Part shown: positions 8,354 to 17,496 of the stretch, one piece after another
How the letters are laid out: each line of letters opens with the position of its first letter
Numbering within the stretch: the stretch's first letter is position 1
Source: Escherichia phage vB_EcoM_C2-3
Sequence record: OK076929.1
Direction: 5' to 3' (one strand)
Length of the DNA: 64,000 nt
Notes under the pieces: model-generated
The model's database searches: none
What the model saw: only the letters and a program-made list of their open reading frames with translations
Told to the model about the DNA's origin: nothing
Made by a program: the position numbers and the translations under genes

Positions 8354-8716
8354 ATGAAAGCATATCAAATTCTTGAAGGCACACATAAAGGTACTATTTA
8401 TTTTGAAGATGGTATTCAAGCACGAATTATTGTCTCTAAAACCTTTAAAGAGGACTCTTTTGTAGACCCAGAAATTTTCTATGGTTTGCATGCCCGTGAA
8501 ATTGAAATTGAGCAACAGCCTACAGTTAAAATTGAAGGTGGTCAACACCTGAACGTTAACGTTCTGCGTCGTGAAACTCTGGAAGATGCAGTTAAGCATC
8601 CGGAAAAATATCCGCAGCTGACCATCCGTGTATCCGGTTATGCAGTTCGCTTTAACTCTCTGACTCCGGAACAGCAGCGCGACGTTATCGCTCGTACCTT
8701 CACCGAGAGTTTGTAA
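8354..8716 (+). CDS. autonomous glycyl-radical cofactor (GrcA/YfiD-like spare-part protein)
   Basis: C-terminal 60 aa carry glycyl-radical motif [13 protein letters not shown] and match enterobacterial GrcA/PFL C-terminus; 3' half has host-like codon usage. Confidence 0.75.
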   Translation: MKAYQILEGTHKGTIYFEDGIQARIIVSKTFKEDSFVDPEIFYGLHAREIEIEQQPTVKIEGGQHLNVNVLRRETLEDAVKHPEKYPQLTIRVSGYAVRFNSLTPEQQRDVIARTFTESL

Positions 8717-8937
8717 TGGCAAAGATAATTATTGAAGGTTCTGAAGATGTGCTAAATGCTTTCGCCGAGTGGTTTAGTAATTCAGGCGAACAGCAATTTA
8801 ATGAAGCGTGGAATATGGGTGATATTAGTGGAATTTATCCTATGACAGAAATTTCTGTTCAGGGATATGGCATTCATGAACCTATTCGTTTAGTTGAATA
8901 CGATTTATGTACTGGTGAGGAAGTCAAATATGATTGA
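8716..8937 (+). CDS. hypothetical protein (73 aa)
   Basis: ORF track; ATG overlaps upstream stop. Confidence 0.5.
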   Translation: MAKIIIEGSEDVLNAFAEWFSNSGEQQFNEAWNMGDISGIYPMTEISVQGYGIHEPIRLVEYDLCTGEEVKYD

Positions 8938-9196
8938 AGATATTAAAGGTTATAAGCCACATACCGACGAAAAAATCGGTAAAGTAAATGCTATTAAAGA
9001 CGCTGAAGTTCGTTTAGGACTTATCTTTGATGCTTTATATGATGAATTCTGGGAAGCACTAGATAATTGCGAAGACTTTGAACTCGCGAAGAATTATGCT
9101 GAAAGCCTCGATCAGTTAGCTATTGCTAAAACGAAACTCAAAGAAGCCAGTATGTGGGCTTGTCGTGCTGTGTTCCAACCAGAGGAAAAATACTAA
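8930..9196 (+). CDS. hypothetical protein (about 88 aa)
   Basis: Start moved to ATG after GAGGAAG SD. Confidence 0.5.
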   Translation: MIEDIKGYKPHTDEKIGKVNAIKDAEVRLGLIFDALYDEFWEALDNCEDFELAKNYAESLDQLAIAKTKLKEASMWACRAVFQPEEKY

Positions 9197-9474
9197 TGGC
9201 TCAATTAAGCGCAGGGTTTGGTTATGAGTATTATACTGCCCCTCGTCGTGTGTCTGCTGCTCCTAAGAAAATTCAAAGTCTTGATGACTTCCAGGAAGTA
9301 GTCCGTAACGCTTTCCAGGACTATGCACGGTATCTTAAAGAAGATTCACAGGACTGTCTCGAAGAAGATGAAATTGCTTACTATACGCAGCGTCTTGAAC
9401 AGCTCAAAAATCTACATGAGGTTCGTGCAGAAGTTTCAAAGTCTATGAATAAATTGATTAGATTTAAAGAATAA
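9196..9474 (+). CDS. hypothetical protein (about 92 aa)
   Basis: Start moved to ATG after GAGGAA SD. Confidence 0.5.
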   Translation: MAQLSAGFGYEYYTAPRRVSAAPKKIQSLDDFQEVVRNAFQDYARYLKEDSQDCLEEDEIAYYTQRLEQLKNLHEVRAEVSKSMNKLIRFKE

Positions 9475-9476
9475 CT

Positions 9477-9506
9477 GTTTACTTTTCCTCTTGACTGTGG
9501 TATAAT
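9477..9506 (+). promoter_or_regulatory. early promoter upstream of regB
   Basis: gtttac 9477-9482, 18 bp, tataat 9501-9506. Confidence 0.55.
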
Positions 9507-9533
9507 TTTTCTATCAGTTAAGAGGAGAACAAC

Positions 9534-9995
9534 ATGACTATCAATACAGAAGTTTTTATCCGTCGAAATAAGCTTCGTCGTCATTTTGAGTCGGAGTTTC
9601 GTCAAATTAACAATGAGATTCGTGAGGCATCAAAAGCAGCAGGAGTCTCATCGTTTCATCTAAAATATTCTCAACATCTTCTTGATCGTGCAATTCAACG
9701 GGAGATTGATGAGACATATGTTTTTGAATTATTCCATAAAATAAAAGACCATGTTTTAGAAGTTAATGAATTCCTGAGTATGCCTCCGCGTCCTGACATT
9801 GACGAGGATTTTATTGATGGGGTTGAATATCGTCCTGGACGTTTAGAAATCACAGATGGAAATCTTTGGCTTGGATTTACGGTTTGTAAGCCTAATGAGA
9901 AGTTCAAAAACCCGTCACTTCAATGCAGGATGGCAATTATCAACAGTCGTCGTTTACCAGGAAAGGCTTCTAAAGCAGTAATTAAAACTCAATGA
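9534..9995 (+). CDS. regB: RegB site-specific endoribonuclease
   Basis: 153 aa, recognised as T4 RegB; strong AGGAG SD. Confidence 0.9.
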   Translation: MTINTEVFIRRNKLRRHFESEFRQINNEIREASKAAGVSSFHLKYSQHLLDRAIQREIDETYVFELFHKIKDHVLEVNEFLSMPPRPDIDEDFIDGVEYRPGRLEITDGNLWLGFTVCKPNEKFKNPSLQCRMAIINSRRLPGKASKAVIKTQ

Positions 9996-10002
9996 GGTAA
10001 GC

Positions 10003-10548
10003 ATGAGAAAAGCACTACTCGCTGGTCTATTGGCCATTTCAATGATGGCACATAGCTCCGAGCATACTTTCAGTAATGTCCAACTCGATAACATGCGTTA
10101 CGCGTATCAATTCGGGGAACAATTTTCTAAGGATGGAAAATATAAAACACACAAAAATATCCACAAGAGCGGATTAGGTCATATAATGGCTGCTATTTTA
10201 TGGCAAGAAAGCTCTGGCGGAGTTAATTTAAAATCTAAACCAAAGCATCACGCTTATGGAATGTTCCAAAATTATTTGCCTACTATGCGAGCAAGAGTTA
10301 AGGAACTTGGTTATAATATGACCGATGCTGAAATAAAAAGAATGTTGAATAAACGATCCAATTCAGCTTCCTGGGCGTACATTGAACTTTCTTATTGGTT
10401 AAATATACATAAGGGCGATATAAGAAAAGCAATATCATCTTATAATTCGGGATGGAATGTTAAAGCAGGTTCTAAATATGCTTCTGAAGTCCTAGAAAAG
10501 GCTAATTACCTTAAAAATAATAAACTTTTGGAAATAGTAAATGACTAA
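10003..10548 (+). CDS. periplasmic lytic-transglycosylase-like protein (signal peptide)
   Basis: N-terminal signal peptide; ILWQESSGG ... GMFQ resembles SLT-domain catalytic region. Confidence 0.5.
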   Translation: MRKALLAGLLAISMMAHSSEHTFSNVQLDNMRYAYQFGEQFSKDGKYKTHKNIHKSGLGHIMAAILWQESSGGVNLKSKPKHHAYGMFQNYLPTMRARVKELGYNMTDAEIKRMLNKRSNSASWAYIELSYWLNIHKGDIRKAISSYNSGWNVKAGSKYASEVLEKANYLKNNKLLEIVND

Positions 10549-10888
10549 AATTTTGGTTTTATGTATAGGATTAATTTCATTTTCTGCTTCTGCGTCAGCA
10601 GATACATCATATACTGAAATTAGAGAATATGTAAATCGCACTGCGGCAGATTATTGTGGGAAAAATAAAGCATGCCAAGCTGAATTTGCGCAGAAATTAA
10701 TATATGCATATAAAGACGGAGAAAGAGATAAATCAAGCAGATACAAAAATGATACATTGTTAAAACGATATGCTAAAAAGTGGAATACCTTAGAATGTTC
10801 AGTTGCGGAGGAGAAAGATAAAGCCGCTTGTCATTCAATGGTTGACCGTTTGGTAGATTCTTATAATCGAGGATTGAGTACTAGATGA
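10541..10888 (+). CDS. vs: valyl-tRNA synthetase modifier Vs (secreted, 115 aa)
   Basis: 115 aa with signal peptide, position between regB and tk as in T4. Confidence 0.6.
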   Translation: MTKILVLCIGLISFSASASADTSYTEIREYVNRTAADYCGKNKACQAEFAQKLIYAYKDGERDKSSRYKNDTLLKRYAKKWNTLECSVAEEKDKAACHSMVDRLVDSYNRGLSTR

Positions 10889-11352
10889 TTGTAAAATATA
10901 TCAAGGGCGATATTGTCGCCCTTTTCGCTGAAGGTAAAAATATTGCGCATGGATGCAATTGTTTTCATACTATGGGTTCAGGCGTAGCGGGTCAATTAAC
11001 CAAAGCTTTCCCTAAAATTTTGGAAGCTGATAAATTACAGACTGAATGGGGTGATGTAACTAAACTCGGTTCTTACTCAGTCTATGAAAAATACTTTAGG
11101 ACTCATAAAGCGTATTGCTTCAACCTTTATACTCAATTTCAACCAGGGCCAAATTTTGAGTATTCCGCTTTAATGAATTGTATGTTAGAATTAAATGAGT
11201 TTGGTGAAAATAAACTGATTAAACCTACAATCTATATGCCTAGGATTGGTGCAGGCATAGGTAAAGGGAACTGGGATATTATTGAGGGGATTTTAGATAC
11301 ATATTCCTCTAAATTAGAAATTGTGATTGTTGATTGGGAACCGTTATTATGA
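10885..11352 (+). CDS. macrodomain-like protein (ADP-ribose binding/processing fold)
   Basis: N-terminal GDI...AHGCNCFHTMGSGVAG resembles macrodomain nucleotide-binding motif. Confidence 0.5.
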   Translation: MIVKYIKGDIVALFAEGKNIAHGCNCFHTMGSGVAGQLTKAFPKILEADKLQTEWGDVTKLGSYSVYEKYFRTHKAYCFNLYTQFQPGPNFEYSALMNCMLELNEFGENKLIKPTIYMPRIGAGIGKGNWDIIEGILDTYSSKLEIVIVDWEPLL

Positions 11353-11561
11353 ATATACATTATCCACATCCATATGACCCAAAGAATAAGGCAGTAATTA
11401 TTCGTCAATGGGAACGCATTTGCCGTACTAAATGTCCAATTAATAGTCCGCATGATGTAGATAAAGACTACATTGGAACATTCGTTGAATATACCTTTAT
11501 TGATAAGAAAGGTCGTAAACAGCATGTAGAAGAATACTGCTTAAAGGTTACATGGTTATGA
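11349..11561 (+). CDS. hypothetical protein (about 70 aa)
   Basis: ORF track frame; start moved to MNIHY. Confidence 0.45.
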   Translation: MNIHYPHPYDPKNKAVIIRQWERICRTKCPINSPHDVDKDYIGTFVEYTFIDKKGRKQHVEEYCLKVTWL

Positions 11562-11764
11562 GCCAAACTAGTATTCTTAAAAATGCCCATTGTGAAAAGT
11601 GTAAATGGCCAGTTGTTTTTGCTTTATGCAACGATGAAATGGCTTGTGATTTCGATTATTGGTGCTATTGTTCTAATAAAGGATGCATCAATCATAAAGG
11701 TGAAGGATTTTATTCGGGATTTTATCCTTATCCAGATTTCGTTAAAGAAGGTAAACCGAAATGA
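11552..11764 (+). CDS. hypothetical Cys-rich (zinc-binding?) protein (70 aa)
   Basis: CEKCKWP ... CDFDYWCYCSNKGC cysteine clusters. Confidence 0.5.
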   Translation: MVMSQTSILKNAHCEKCKWPVVFALCNDEMACDFDYWCYCSNKGCINHKGEGFYSGFYPYPDFVKEGKPK

Positions 11765-11934
11765 ATAGTTTTGAGTTACAGTATGAAGTGTTACGTGAGC
11801 TTGATAATTTAATTGAACTCGCTGTCAATAAAGGTTTTGCCATTGGAATCGGTCAAAAAGATACTGGTCATTTAACTATGGAAATATTTAAGCAAAAGCG
11901 AATTATTTTAAAACTCCTGGAAATTAATATATGA
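11761..11934 (+). CDS. hypothetical small protein (57 aa)
   Basis: ATGA-coupled small ORF, below ORF-track size cutoff. Confidence 0.35.
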   Translation: MNSFELQYEVLRELDNLIELAVNKGFAIGIGQKDTGHLTMEIFKQKRIILKLLEINI

Positions 11935-12116
11935 GTCTGAGTAAAGAACAAAAAGATAAATTGTTTGAGCTTATCCATGAACTTCTAGATGAGCATACAG
12001 AAGCAAACACCTTTTATGATGAATACGGCCCGCTATCTCCCGAACAGCAAGAAGAATTTGCTGATCGGTTTGATAAGAAAGAAAACGAATTAATAGCTTA
12101 TGTGAATATGCTTTAA
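11931..12116 (+). CDS. hypothetical protein (61 aa)
   Basis: ORF track; acidic small protein. Confidence 0.45.
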   Translation: MSLSKEQKDKLFELIHELLDEHTEANTFYDEYGPLSPEQQEEFADRFDKKENELIAYVNML

Positions 12117-12125
12117 GAAGGTGAT

Positions 12126-12707
12126 ATGGCGAGTTTAATTTTTACTTACGCAGCAATGAATGCTGGAAAATCTGCTTCTCTTTTGACTGCTGCACATAAT
12201 TATAAAGAACGCGGAATGGGTGTATTAGTTCTTAAGCCTGCTATTGATACTCGCGATTCTGTCTGTGAAGTCGTTTCTCGCATTGGAATTAAGCAGGAAG
12301 CGAATATTATTACGGATGATATGGATATTTTTGAGTTCTATAAATGGGCTGAAGCACAAAAAGATATTCATTGTGTATTTGTAGATGAAGCTCAGTTTTT
12401 AAAAACTGAACAGGTGCATCAATTAAGTCGAATTGTTGATACATATAATGTTCCTGTTATGGCTTATGGGCTAAGGACTGATTTCGCTGGAAAATTATTT
12501 GAAGGTTCTAAAGAACTTTTGGCGATTGCAGATAAACTTATTGAACTAAAGGCAGTTTGTCATTGTGGTAAAAAAGCTATTATGACAGCTCGATTAATGG
12601 AAGATGGAACACCAGTTAAAGAAGGTAATCAAATCTGTATTGGTGATGAAATTTATGTTTCTTTGTGTAGAAAACATTGGAATGAATTAACTAAAAAGCT
12701 CGGTTAG
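12126..12707 (+). CDS. tk: thymidine kinase
   Basis: 193 aa, P-loop MNAGKSAS, recognised as T4 Tk. Confidence 0.9.
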   Translation: MASLIFTYAAMNAGKSASLLTAAHNYKERGMGVLVLKPAIDTRDSVCEVVSRIGIKQEANIITDDMDIFEFYKWAEAQKDIHCVFVDEAQFLKTEQVHQLSRIVDTYNVPVMAYGLRTDFAGKLFEGSKELLAIADKLIELKAVCHCGKKAIMTARLMEDGTPVKEGNQICIGDEIYVSLCRKHWNELTKKLG

Positions 12708-12716
12708 TGCAAAAGT

Positions 12717-12724
12717 TATAAATA
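12717..12724 (+). promoter_or_regulatory. late promoter (TATAAATA)
   Basis: Exact TATAAATA upstream of 12750 ORF and rI. Confidence 0.45.
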
Positions 12725-12749
12725 GGTTTATCTAACTAAAGGGGTATAT

Positions 12750-12962
12750 ATGCTACAATTAACTGAAAAGCAACTTCGCAATCTTACTGTGCTTCAATTA
12801 GATGAAATTCGTAGGGAAGTTGGAAATATCATTTCAGCTTTGCGTCGAGAAGTATCACTCAACCAATCTCCGGCAGACTATACTAGATTGCGAAATTTTG
12901 AAAAATACCTTGATAAAGTTAAGGCCGTGCATCGGCATAAAGTAAATACAGGACAAAAATGA
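12750..12962 (+). CDS. hypothetical protein (70 aa)
   Basis: ORF track; GGGG SD. Confidence 0.5.
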
Positions 12963-12974
12963 TAGGAGGCCTTT

Positions 12975-13268
12975 ATGGCCTTAAAAGCAACGGCACTATT
13001 TGCCATGCTAGGATTAGCGTTTGCTTTATCTCCACCAATTGAAGCGAATGTCGATCCTCATTTTGATAAATTTATGGAATCTGGTATTAGACACGTTTAT
13101 ATGCTTTTTGAAAATAAAAGCGTAGAATCATCTGAACAGTTCTATAGTTTTATGCGAACGACTTATAAAAATGACCCGTGCTCTTCCGATTTTGAATGTA
13201 TAGAGCGAGGCGCGGAGATGGCACAATCATACGCTAGAATTATGAACATTAAATTGGAGACTGAATGA
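12975..13268 (+). CDS. rI: lysis inhibition regulator RI (antiholin)
   Basis: 97 aa with N-terminal signal-anchor, recognised as T4 RI. Confidence 0.85.
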   Translation: MALKATALFAMLGLAFALSPPIEANVDPHFDKFMESGIRHVYMLFENKSVESSEQFYSFMRTTYKNDPCSSDFECIERGAEMAQSYARIMNIKLETE

Positions 13269-13651
13269 AATTCAGCGACTTTTCACAAAGTGGAAAACCT
13301 TCAAAGGCAGATGAATACTTAGGTTTATTAATGGCTGCACAAGCTTATTTTCATTCTGCACATTTTGAAACTAAAAGTTATGCTAGACACAAAGCATACG
13401 ATTTTATTTTCTCCGAGTTGCCAGATTTGATTGATAAATTTGGTGAGCAATATTTGGGGTATTCTGGTAGAAAATACACGCCTTCAATTCCAGATGCCAG
13501 TAAACTTCCTACCGACACAATTAAAATGATTGATCGCATACTAGATCAATCTAACAGCATTTATAAAGAAATGCCTCCAGCCATTCAAAGCACGATAGAT
13601 GATATTACTGGAATGTTTTACCAGAGTAAGTATCTTCTTTCCCTCGAATAA
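13265..13651 (+). CDS. hypothetical protein (128 aa)
   Basis: ORF track; ATGA overlap with rI stop. Confidence 0.55.
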   Translation: MKFSDFSQSGKPSKADEYLGLLMAAQAYFHSAHFETKSYARHKAYDFIFSELPDLIDKFGEQYLGYSGRKYTPSIPDASKLPTDTIKMIDRILDQSNSIYKEMPPAIQSTIDDITGMFYQSKYLLSLE

Positions 13652-13654
13652 CAT

Positions 13655-13679
13655 TAGTCTCCTTCGGGAGACTTTTTTC
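13655..13679 (+). terminator. intrinsic terminator (agtctcc-ttcg-ggagact + TTTTTT)
   Basis: 7-bp stem, UUCG loop, T6 run. Confidence 0.65.
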
Positions 13680-13688
13680 ATTTTACCG

Positions 13689-13718
13689 GTTTACTTTCCG
13701 TTTGAGCTGTGGTACTAT
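13689..13718 (+). promoter_or_regulatory. early promoter
   Basis: gtttac 13689-13694, tggtactatacaactatc cassette. Confidence 0.5.
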
Positions 13719-13746
13719 ACAACTATCGGATAAAGAGGAGAACATC

Positions 13747-13935
13747 ATGAAAATTGAAGCACTTAATCAAGAAGGAAATATCTACGTCATCATTAATGGT
13801 GATTTTTTCGTCGACATGGATGAAGTTACTAGTGAAGAACTTGTAGAACTTCTTAAGAAACGTTATGATATGTGTGATGAAGCTGCAACTCATATGGCGT
13901 GTGCAATATTCTCTCTTTCATATGTGGTGGAATAA
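13747..13935 (+). CDS. hypothetical protein (about 63 aa)
   Basis: Start moved to ATG after AGAGGAG SD. Confidence 0.5.
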   Translation: MKIEALNQEGNIYVIINGDFFVDMDEVTSEELVELLKKRYDMCDEAATHMACAIFSLSYVVE

Positions 13936-14138
13936 TGACTAGAATTGAACAAGCAGATAAAATTAAAGAATTGGTAGCTTTAATTCGCAAAGCAGATGAG
14001 GAACTTAGTGACTTTGCTTGGTTTTCGGCAGGCATTGCAAATAAAGGTATTGAAAAATTTGAAGCTAAAGTTGATAATGCTGTAGAAGCTTTAGATATGT
14101 TTCTTGATGAAATTATCGATCATAATACGAGAGTTTAA
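13935..14138 (+). CDS. hypothetical protein (about 67 aa)
   Basis: Start moved to ATG overlapping upstream stop. Confidence 0.45.
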   Translation: MTRIEQADKIKELVALIRKADEELSDFAWFSAGIANKGIEKFEAKVDNAVEALDMFLDEIIDHNTRV

Positions 14139-14140
14139 TT

Positions 14141-14335
14141 ATGCTAACACGTGAACAGTTTGAAAAAATCATTAAATTAGCACGTGATATTGAAATAGAT
14201 TCATACCAATTAGCAGTTGAGCATTGTGAAGGATATTCATACGACGGTATAGAAGCAGCTAAAAAGGATTTGGATAAATCCAAAGCTAAGTTAGTTCAAT
14301 ATCTTGAAATGATTAGGTGGAATAATGAAAACTGA
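14141..14335 (+). CDS. hypothetical protein (64 aa)
   Basis: ORF track. Confidence 0.45.
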   Translation: MLTREQFEKIIKLARDIEIDSYQLAVEHCEGYSYDGIEAAKKDLDKSKAKLVQYLEMIRWNNEN

Positions 14336-14498
14336 AAAGCAGATGTTTTTAATGAAACTAATTGAAGAATATGCTAATGCAGTTTCTGACTATGAGTATT
14401 CTGCTCGGGAAAGAGGTACAGCTTTCGCAAAGGAAGAAATGAAAATCATGGTTGATGCTCACACAAAGCTTCAGAATTTTATTGAAAACGCCATTTAA
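14325..14498 (+). CDS. hypothetical small protein (57 aa)
   Basis: Overlap-coupled small ORF below size cutoff. Confidence 0.35.
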   Translation: MKTEKQMFLMKLIEEYANAVSDYEYSARERGTAFAKEEMKIMVDAHTKLQNFIENAI

Positions 14499-14500
14499 TG

Positions 14501-14537
14501 GTTTACAAGTTGGCAAGATTATGATATAGTAATCTTG
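14501..14537 (+). promoter_or_regulatory. early promoter with -10 inside perfect 8-bp inverted repeat
   Basis: gtttac 14501-14506; caagatta (14514-14521) / taatcttg (14530-14537) flank tgatatag. Confidence 0.5.
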
Positions 14538-14665
14538 TCAACTGCCAAGGAGAAGAGAATGAAAGTTTTGTTTGTTGTGTATGTGATGATTCAATATAAT
14601 TATCCAATGTTTACTTATAATCTGGTGAACAACATTATTGATATTATTCAAAGGAGTATGTAATT

Positions 14666-15223
14666 GTGGGTGAGTCGAAGAGAATCAATATGAAACGATT
14701 AGTATTAGAAGTTAGTCCGCTTTTTGGTGAATTAGCTATAGAAAAAGTAAATAATATGTATCGTTTGACACAAGAAGACGATATGCTATATTTTACGCCT
14801 AGTGAAATCATTCATTTAACCCAAATTGAATATCCTTATACTGATAAAATAGTAAGCATCAATGATGAGCACAAAATTCATTTTTATTCTTCATGCCCAG
14901 GATTTAATATTAAAAGTGAGTCAATGTGTTTATCAGTTATCCATTGGGATAGTTTTATAGATAAGATTAAATATTTTTATTATTCTAATGAAAGAAAACA
15001 TAGTTTAAAATGGCTCAAAAATTGCAATGCTATTATTACTAACGCTTGCAATCAGAATGATGAAACTGTTTTAAACGTATCAAAATGCTATGAAGATGGT
15101 GATGTCTTAACTATTCGTCAAATTGATGATTTTCGATCGTATATTGTCACATTTACCAAAGACGAAGCTATTGCGCTAAAGACTTATCTCGATTCTGTCA
15201 TTCCAACTATGATTTCAAAGTGA
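14666..15223 (+). CDS. hypothetical protein (185 aa), paralog of next ORF
   Basis: GTG 14666 after AAGGAG, or ATG 14690; C-terminal DEAIALKTYLDSVIPTM shared with 15230 ORF. Confidence 0.5.
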   Translation: MGESKRINMKRLVLEVSPLFGELAIEKVNNMYRLTQEDDMLYFTPSEIIHLTQIEYPYTDKIVSINDEHKIHFYSSCPGFNIKSESMCLSVIHWDSFIDKIKYFYYSNERKHSLKWLKNCNAIITNACNQNDETVLNVSKCYEDGDVLTIRQIDDFRSYIVTFTKDEAIALKTYLDSVIPTMISK

Positions 15224-15229
15224 GGAAAT

Positions 15230-15751
15230 ATGTTTATTTCAAGTGGAAGTGGTTTAATTCGTGTTGAATTTAAAAATGACATCTTTCTTATTCAAGGAGA
15301 TGATATTATTAAAATGAGTTATGACGAAATCAAGAAAATTTGTCATGCTCTTGAAAGTCATGGAAAAGTGAACGCTGTTATTGATATTGGCGATTTATGG
15401 GTGACACTTTATGAAGTATCCGAAGGATTTAACATTGAAGATGAAAATAACATTTTAGCTATTGATAAAAGAAGTGATTTGTTTGATGTATTAAAAGTTT
15501 ATGAACAGTCAAATGGCGGAAGAAAAGCTGTATTGATTTATCAAAAACCGCATTCATGTGGAACTGCTTCAATCATTTCAAATATTGAAGATGAAACTGA
15601 TACTTATATGTGTGTTTTAAAAGCCGGTGGTGACCGTCATCCGGATTTTATTTCTATTCGTCAAAACAATGAAGAAATTTCATTATCAAAATCAGAAGCT
15701 GAAGCTATGATTAAGTATTTAACAACTGTTACACCTTCAATGAAAGGATAA
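15230..15751 (+). CDS. hypothetical protein (173 aa), paralog of previous ORF
   Basis: C-terminal SEAEAMIKYLTTVTPSM matches upstream ORF motif. Confidence 0.5.
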   Translation: MFISSGSGLIRVEFKNDIFLIQGDDIIKMSYDEIKKICHALESHGKVNAVIDIGDLWVTLYEVSEGFNIEDENNILAIDKRSDLFDVLKVYEQSNGGRKAVLIYQKPHSCGTASIISNIEDETDTYMCVLKAGGDRHPDFISIRQNNEEISLSKSEAEAMIKYLTTVTPSMKG

Positions 15752-15753
15752 TT

Positions 15754-16215
15754 ATGATTATTAATGAAAACTCTTGGCACTATAAATTATTCAAACTGTT
15801 TAACGACGAATGGAAACGACCTAAGACACTGTGTGCATACTTTTGGTCTATTGTTATCCCTACATTTTTCGTTTCTTTTTTCGGATGTACTATACTCGCA
15901 GGTCTAACTATTATCTGTGCAGAAATCATACAGAAATGGCTTATTTTTGGTAGTTTATGGACTCTTATTCCATCAGCATTTATACTTGCCATTTTGCTTA
16001 TTTTACTTATTATTGGTTCATTTGTTATTCCTGCACAACTGCATGAAAAATATAAAGATTATAAATGGAAAAAGGATTATGCTTTACATGTAGAAAATAT
16101 TGATAGGGCGTATAAAGGTTTACCTCCTATTCAACCCAAGAAATCTATTATCGTCGAATTTTTAAAAGCGCGTAAAGCTAAAGTATGTCCTGTTATTGAA
16201 TATAAGGCTGAATGA
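15754..16215 (+). CDS. hypothetical membrane protein (153 aa)
   Basis: Two long hydrophobic segments; ATGA overlap with downstream gene. Confidence 0.5.
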   Translation: MIINENSWHYKLFKLFNDEWKRPKTLCAYFWSIVIPTFFVSFFGCTILAGLTIICAEIIQKWLIFGSLWTLIPSAFILAILLILLIIGSFVIPAQLHEKYKDYKWKKDYALHVENIDRAYKGLPPIQPKKSIIVEFLKARKAKVCPVIEYKAE

Positions 16216-17225
16216 TGAAAACAGTAATGAAAAGCTATTTTGGTAGTCATCTTTATGGAACTTCTACCCCAGAATCTGATGTAGATTTTAAAGAAATCTT
16301 TGTTCCTCCTGCTCGTGATATTCTTATTGGAAATGTTAAAGAGCACATGAGTAAAAACACTAACAACACATCATCTAAAAACACTAAAGATGATATTGAC
16401 CATGAACTATACAGTCTTAAATATTTCTTTAAATTAGCAGCAGATGGTGAAACTGTAGCGTTAGATATGCTTCACACTCCACCTGAACTAGTGGTTAAAT
16501 CTGATTTGCCTGATGTGTGGAAGTTTATTCAAGACAACCGTTCTCGTTTTTATACGACTAACATGAAATCATATTTAGGATATGTCCGCAAGCAAGCTTC
16601 TAAATACGGCGTCAAGGGTTCTCGTTTGGCTGCATTACGTGATGTATTGAAAGTAGTTAATCAAATCCCTGAGCAATGGGTTGATTACCAAGAAGACGGT
16701 TCCATTAAGCAGCGTCGTACTAAAGTTGAAGATATTAAGCATCGTCTTCCAGAAAACGAATTCTGTGAATGGGTGTTCCATAATCATGAGAAAACAGGCC
16801 CACAAACGTTCTACACTGTGTTGGGTCGTAAATATCAGACAACGCTTTCTCTTATTGAGCTTAAGCAGTCACTGAACAAATTAGATGCTGAATACGGTGA
16901 ACGTGCTCGTAAGGCCGAAGCCAATGAAGGTATTGACTGGAAAGCTCTGAGTCATGCTTGCCGTGGTGGACTCCAACTATTGGAAATTTACAAAACTGGT
17001 GACTTAGTCTATCCACTCAAAGATGCTCCATTTATTCTCGACGTGAAGTTGGGTAAGCATCCATTTAAAACAGTTCAAGAGTTTTTGGAAGATGTGGTCG
17101 ATCAAGTAGAAGCAGCATCTACTGAAGCTTCTAAGAACGGTATGCAGCAAAAAGTGGACATGGGTTTTTGGGATGACTTCCTTGAGAAGGTCTATCTTGA
17201 AAACCACCGAAGTTATTATAAATGA
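16212..17225 (+). CDS. nucleotidyltransferase-fold protein (Pol-beta-like NTase motif)
   Basis: hG[GS]x(9-13)DhD pattern: FGSHLYGTSTPESDVDF near N-terminus; 337 aa. Confidence 0.5.
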   Translation: MMKTVMKSYFGSHLYGTSTPESDVDFKEIFVPPARDILIGNVKEHMSKNTNNTSSKNTKDDIDHELYSLKYFFKLAADGETVALDMLHTPPELVVKSDLPDVWKFIQDNRSRFYTTNMKSYLGYVRKQASKYGVKGSRLAALRDVLKVVNQIPEQWVDYQEDGSIKQRRTKVEDIKHRLPENEFCEWVFHNHEKTGPQTFYTVLGRKYQTTLSLIELKQSLNKLDAEYGERARKAEANEGIDWKALSHACRGGLQLLEIYKTGDLVYPLKDAPFILDVKLGKHPFKTVQEFLEDVVDQVEAASTEASKNGMQQKVDMGFWDDFLEKVYLENHRSYYK

Positions 17226-17226
17226 T

Positions 17227-17257
17227 AGGGAGCCTTCGGGCTCCATTTTTTTTTTTA
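17227..17257 (+). terminator. intrinsic terminator (gggagcc-ttcg-ggctcc + T10)
   Basis: UUCG-loop hairpin followed by ten T. Confidence 0.7.
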
Positions 17258-17280
17258 TTTCAAAAATTTTTCACAAAACT

Positions 17281-17310
17281 GTTTACAAACATAAAGCTTT
17301 ATGGTACTAT
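17281..17310 (+). promoter_or_regulatory. early promoter
   Basis: gtttac 17281-17286, tggtactatacaactatc cassette. Confidence 0.5.
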
Positions 17311-17346
17311 ACAACTATCAAAACAAACACTTAAACGGAAAACAAA

Positions 17347-17496
17347 ATGAAAATTACACCAATTGAAGTAAAAAAGTTGATTGATACAGAAGAAATTTCA
17401 GAGTGTTTTGAAAGTTTCTTAGAAGACGCAACTGAAGATAACGCGGTTTATCTCGCCCAGAAAATTATCGAAACTTATTTGGAGAAGAATCAATGA
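17347..17496 (+). CDS. hypothetical small acidic protein (49 aa)
   Basis: Small ORF, ATGA-coupled to downstream ORF. Confidence 0.35.
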   Translation: MKITPIEVKKLIDTEEISECFESFLEDATEDNAVYLAQKIIETYLEKNQ

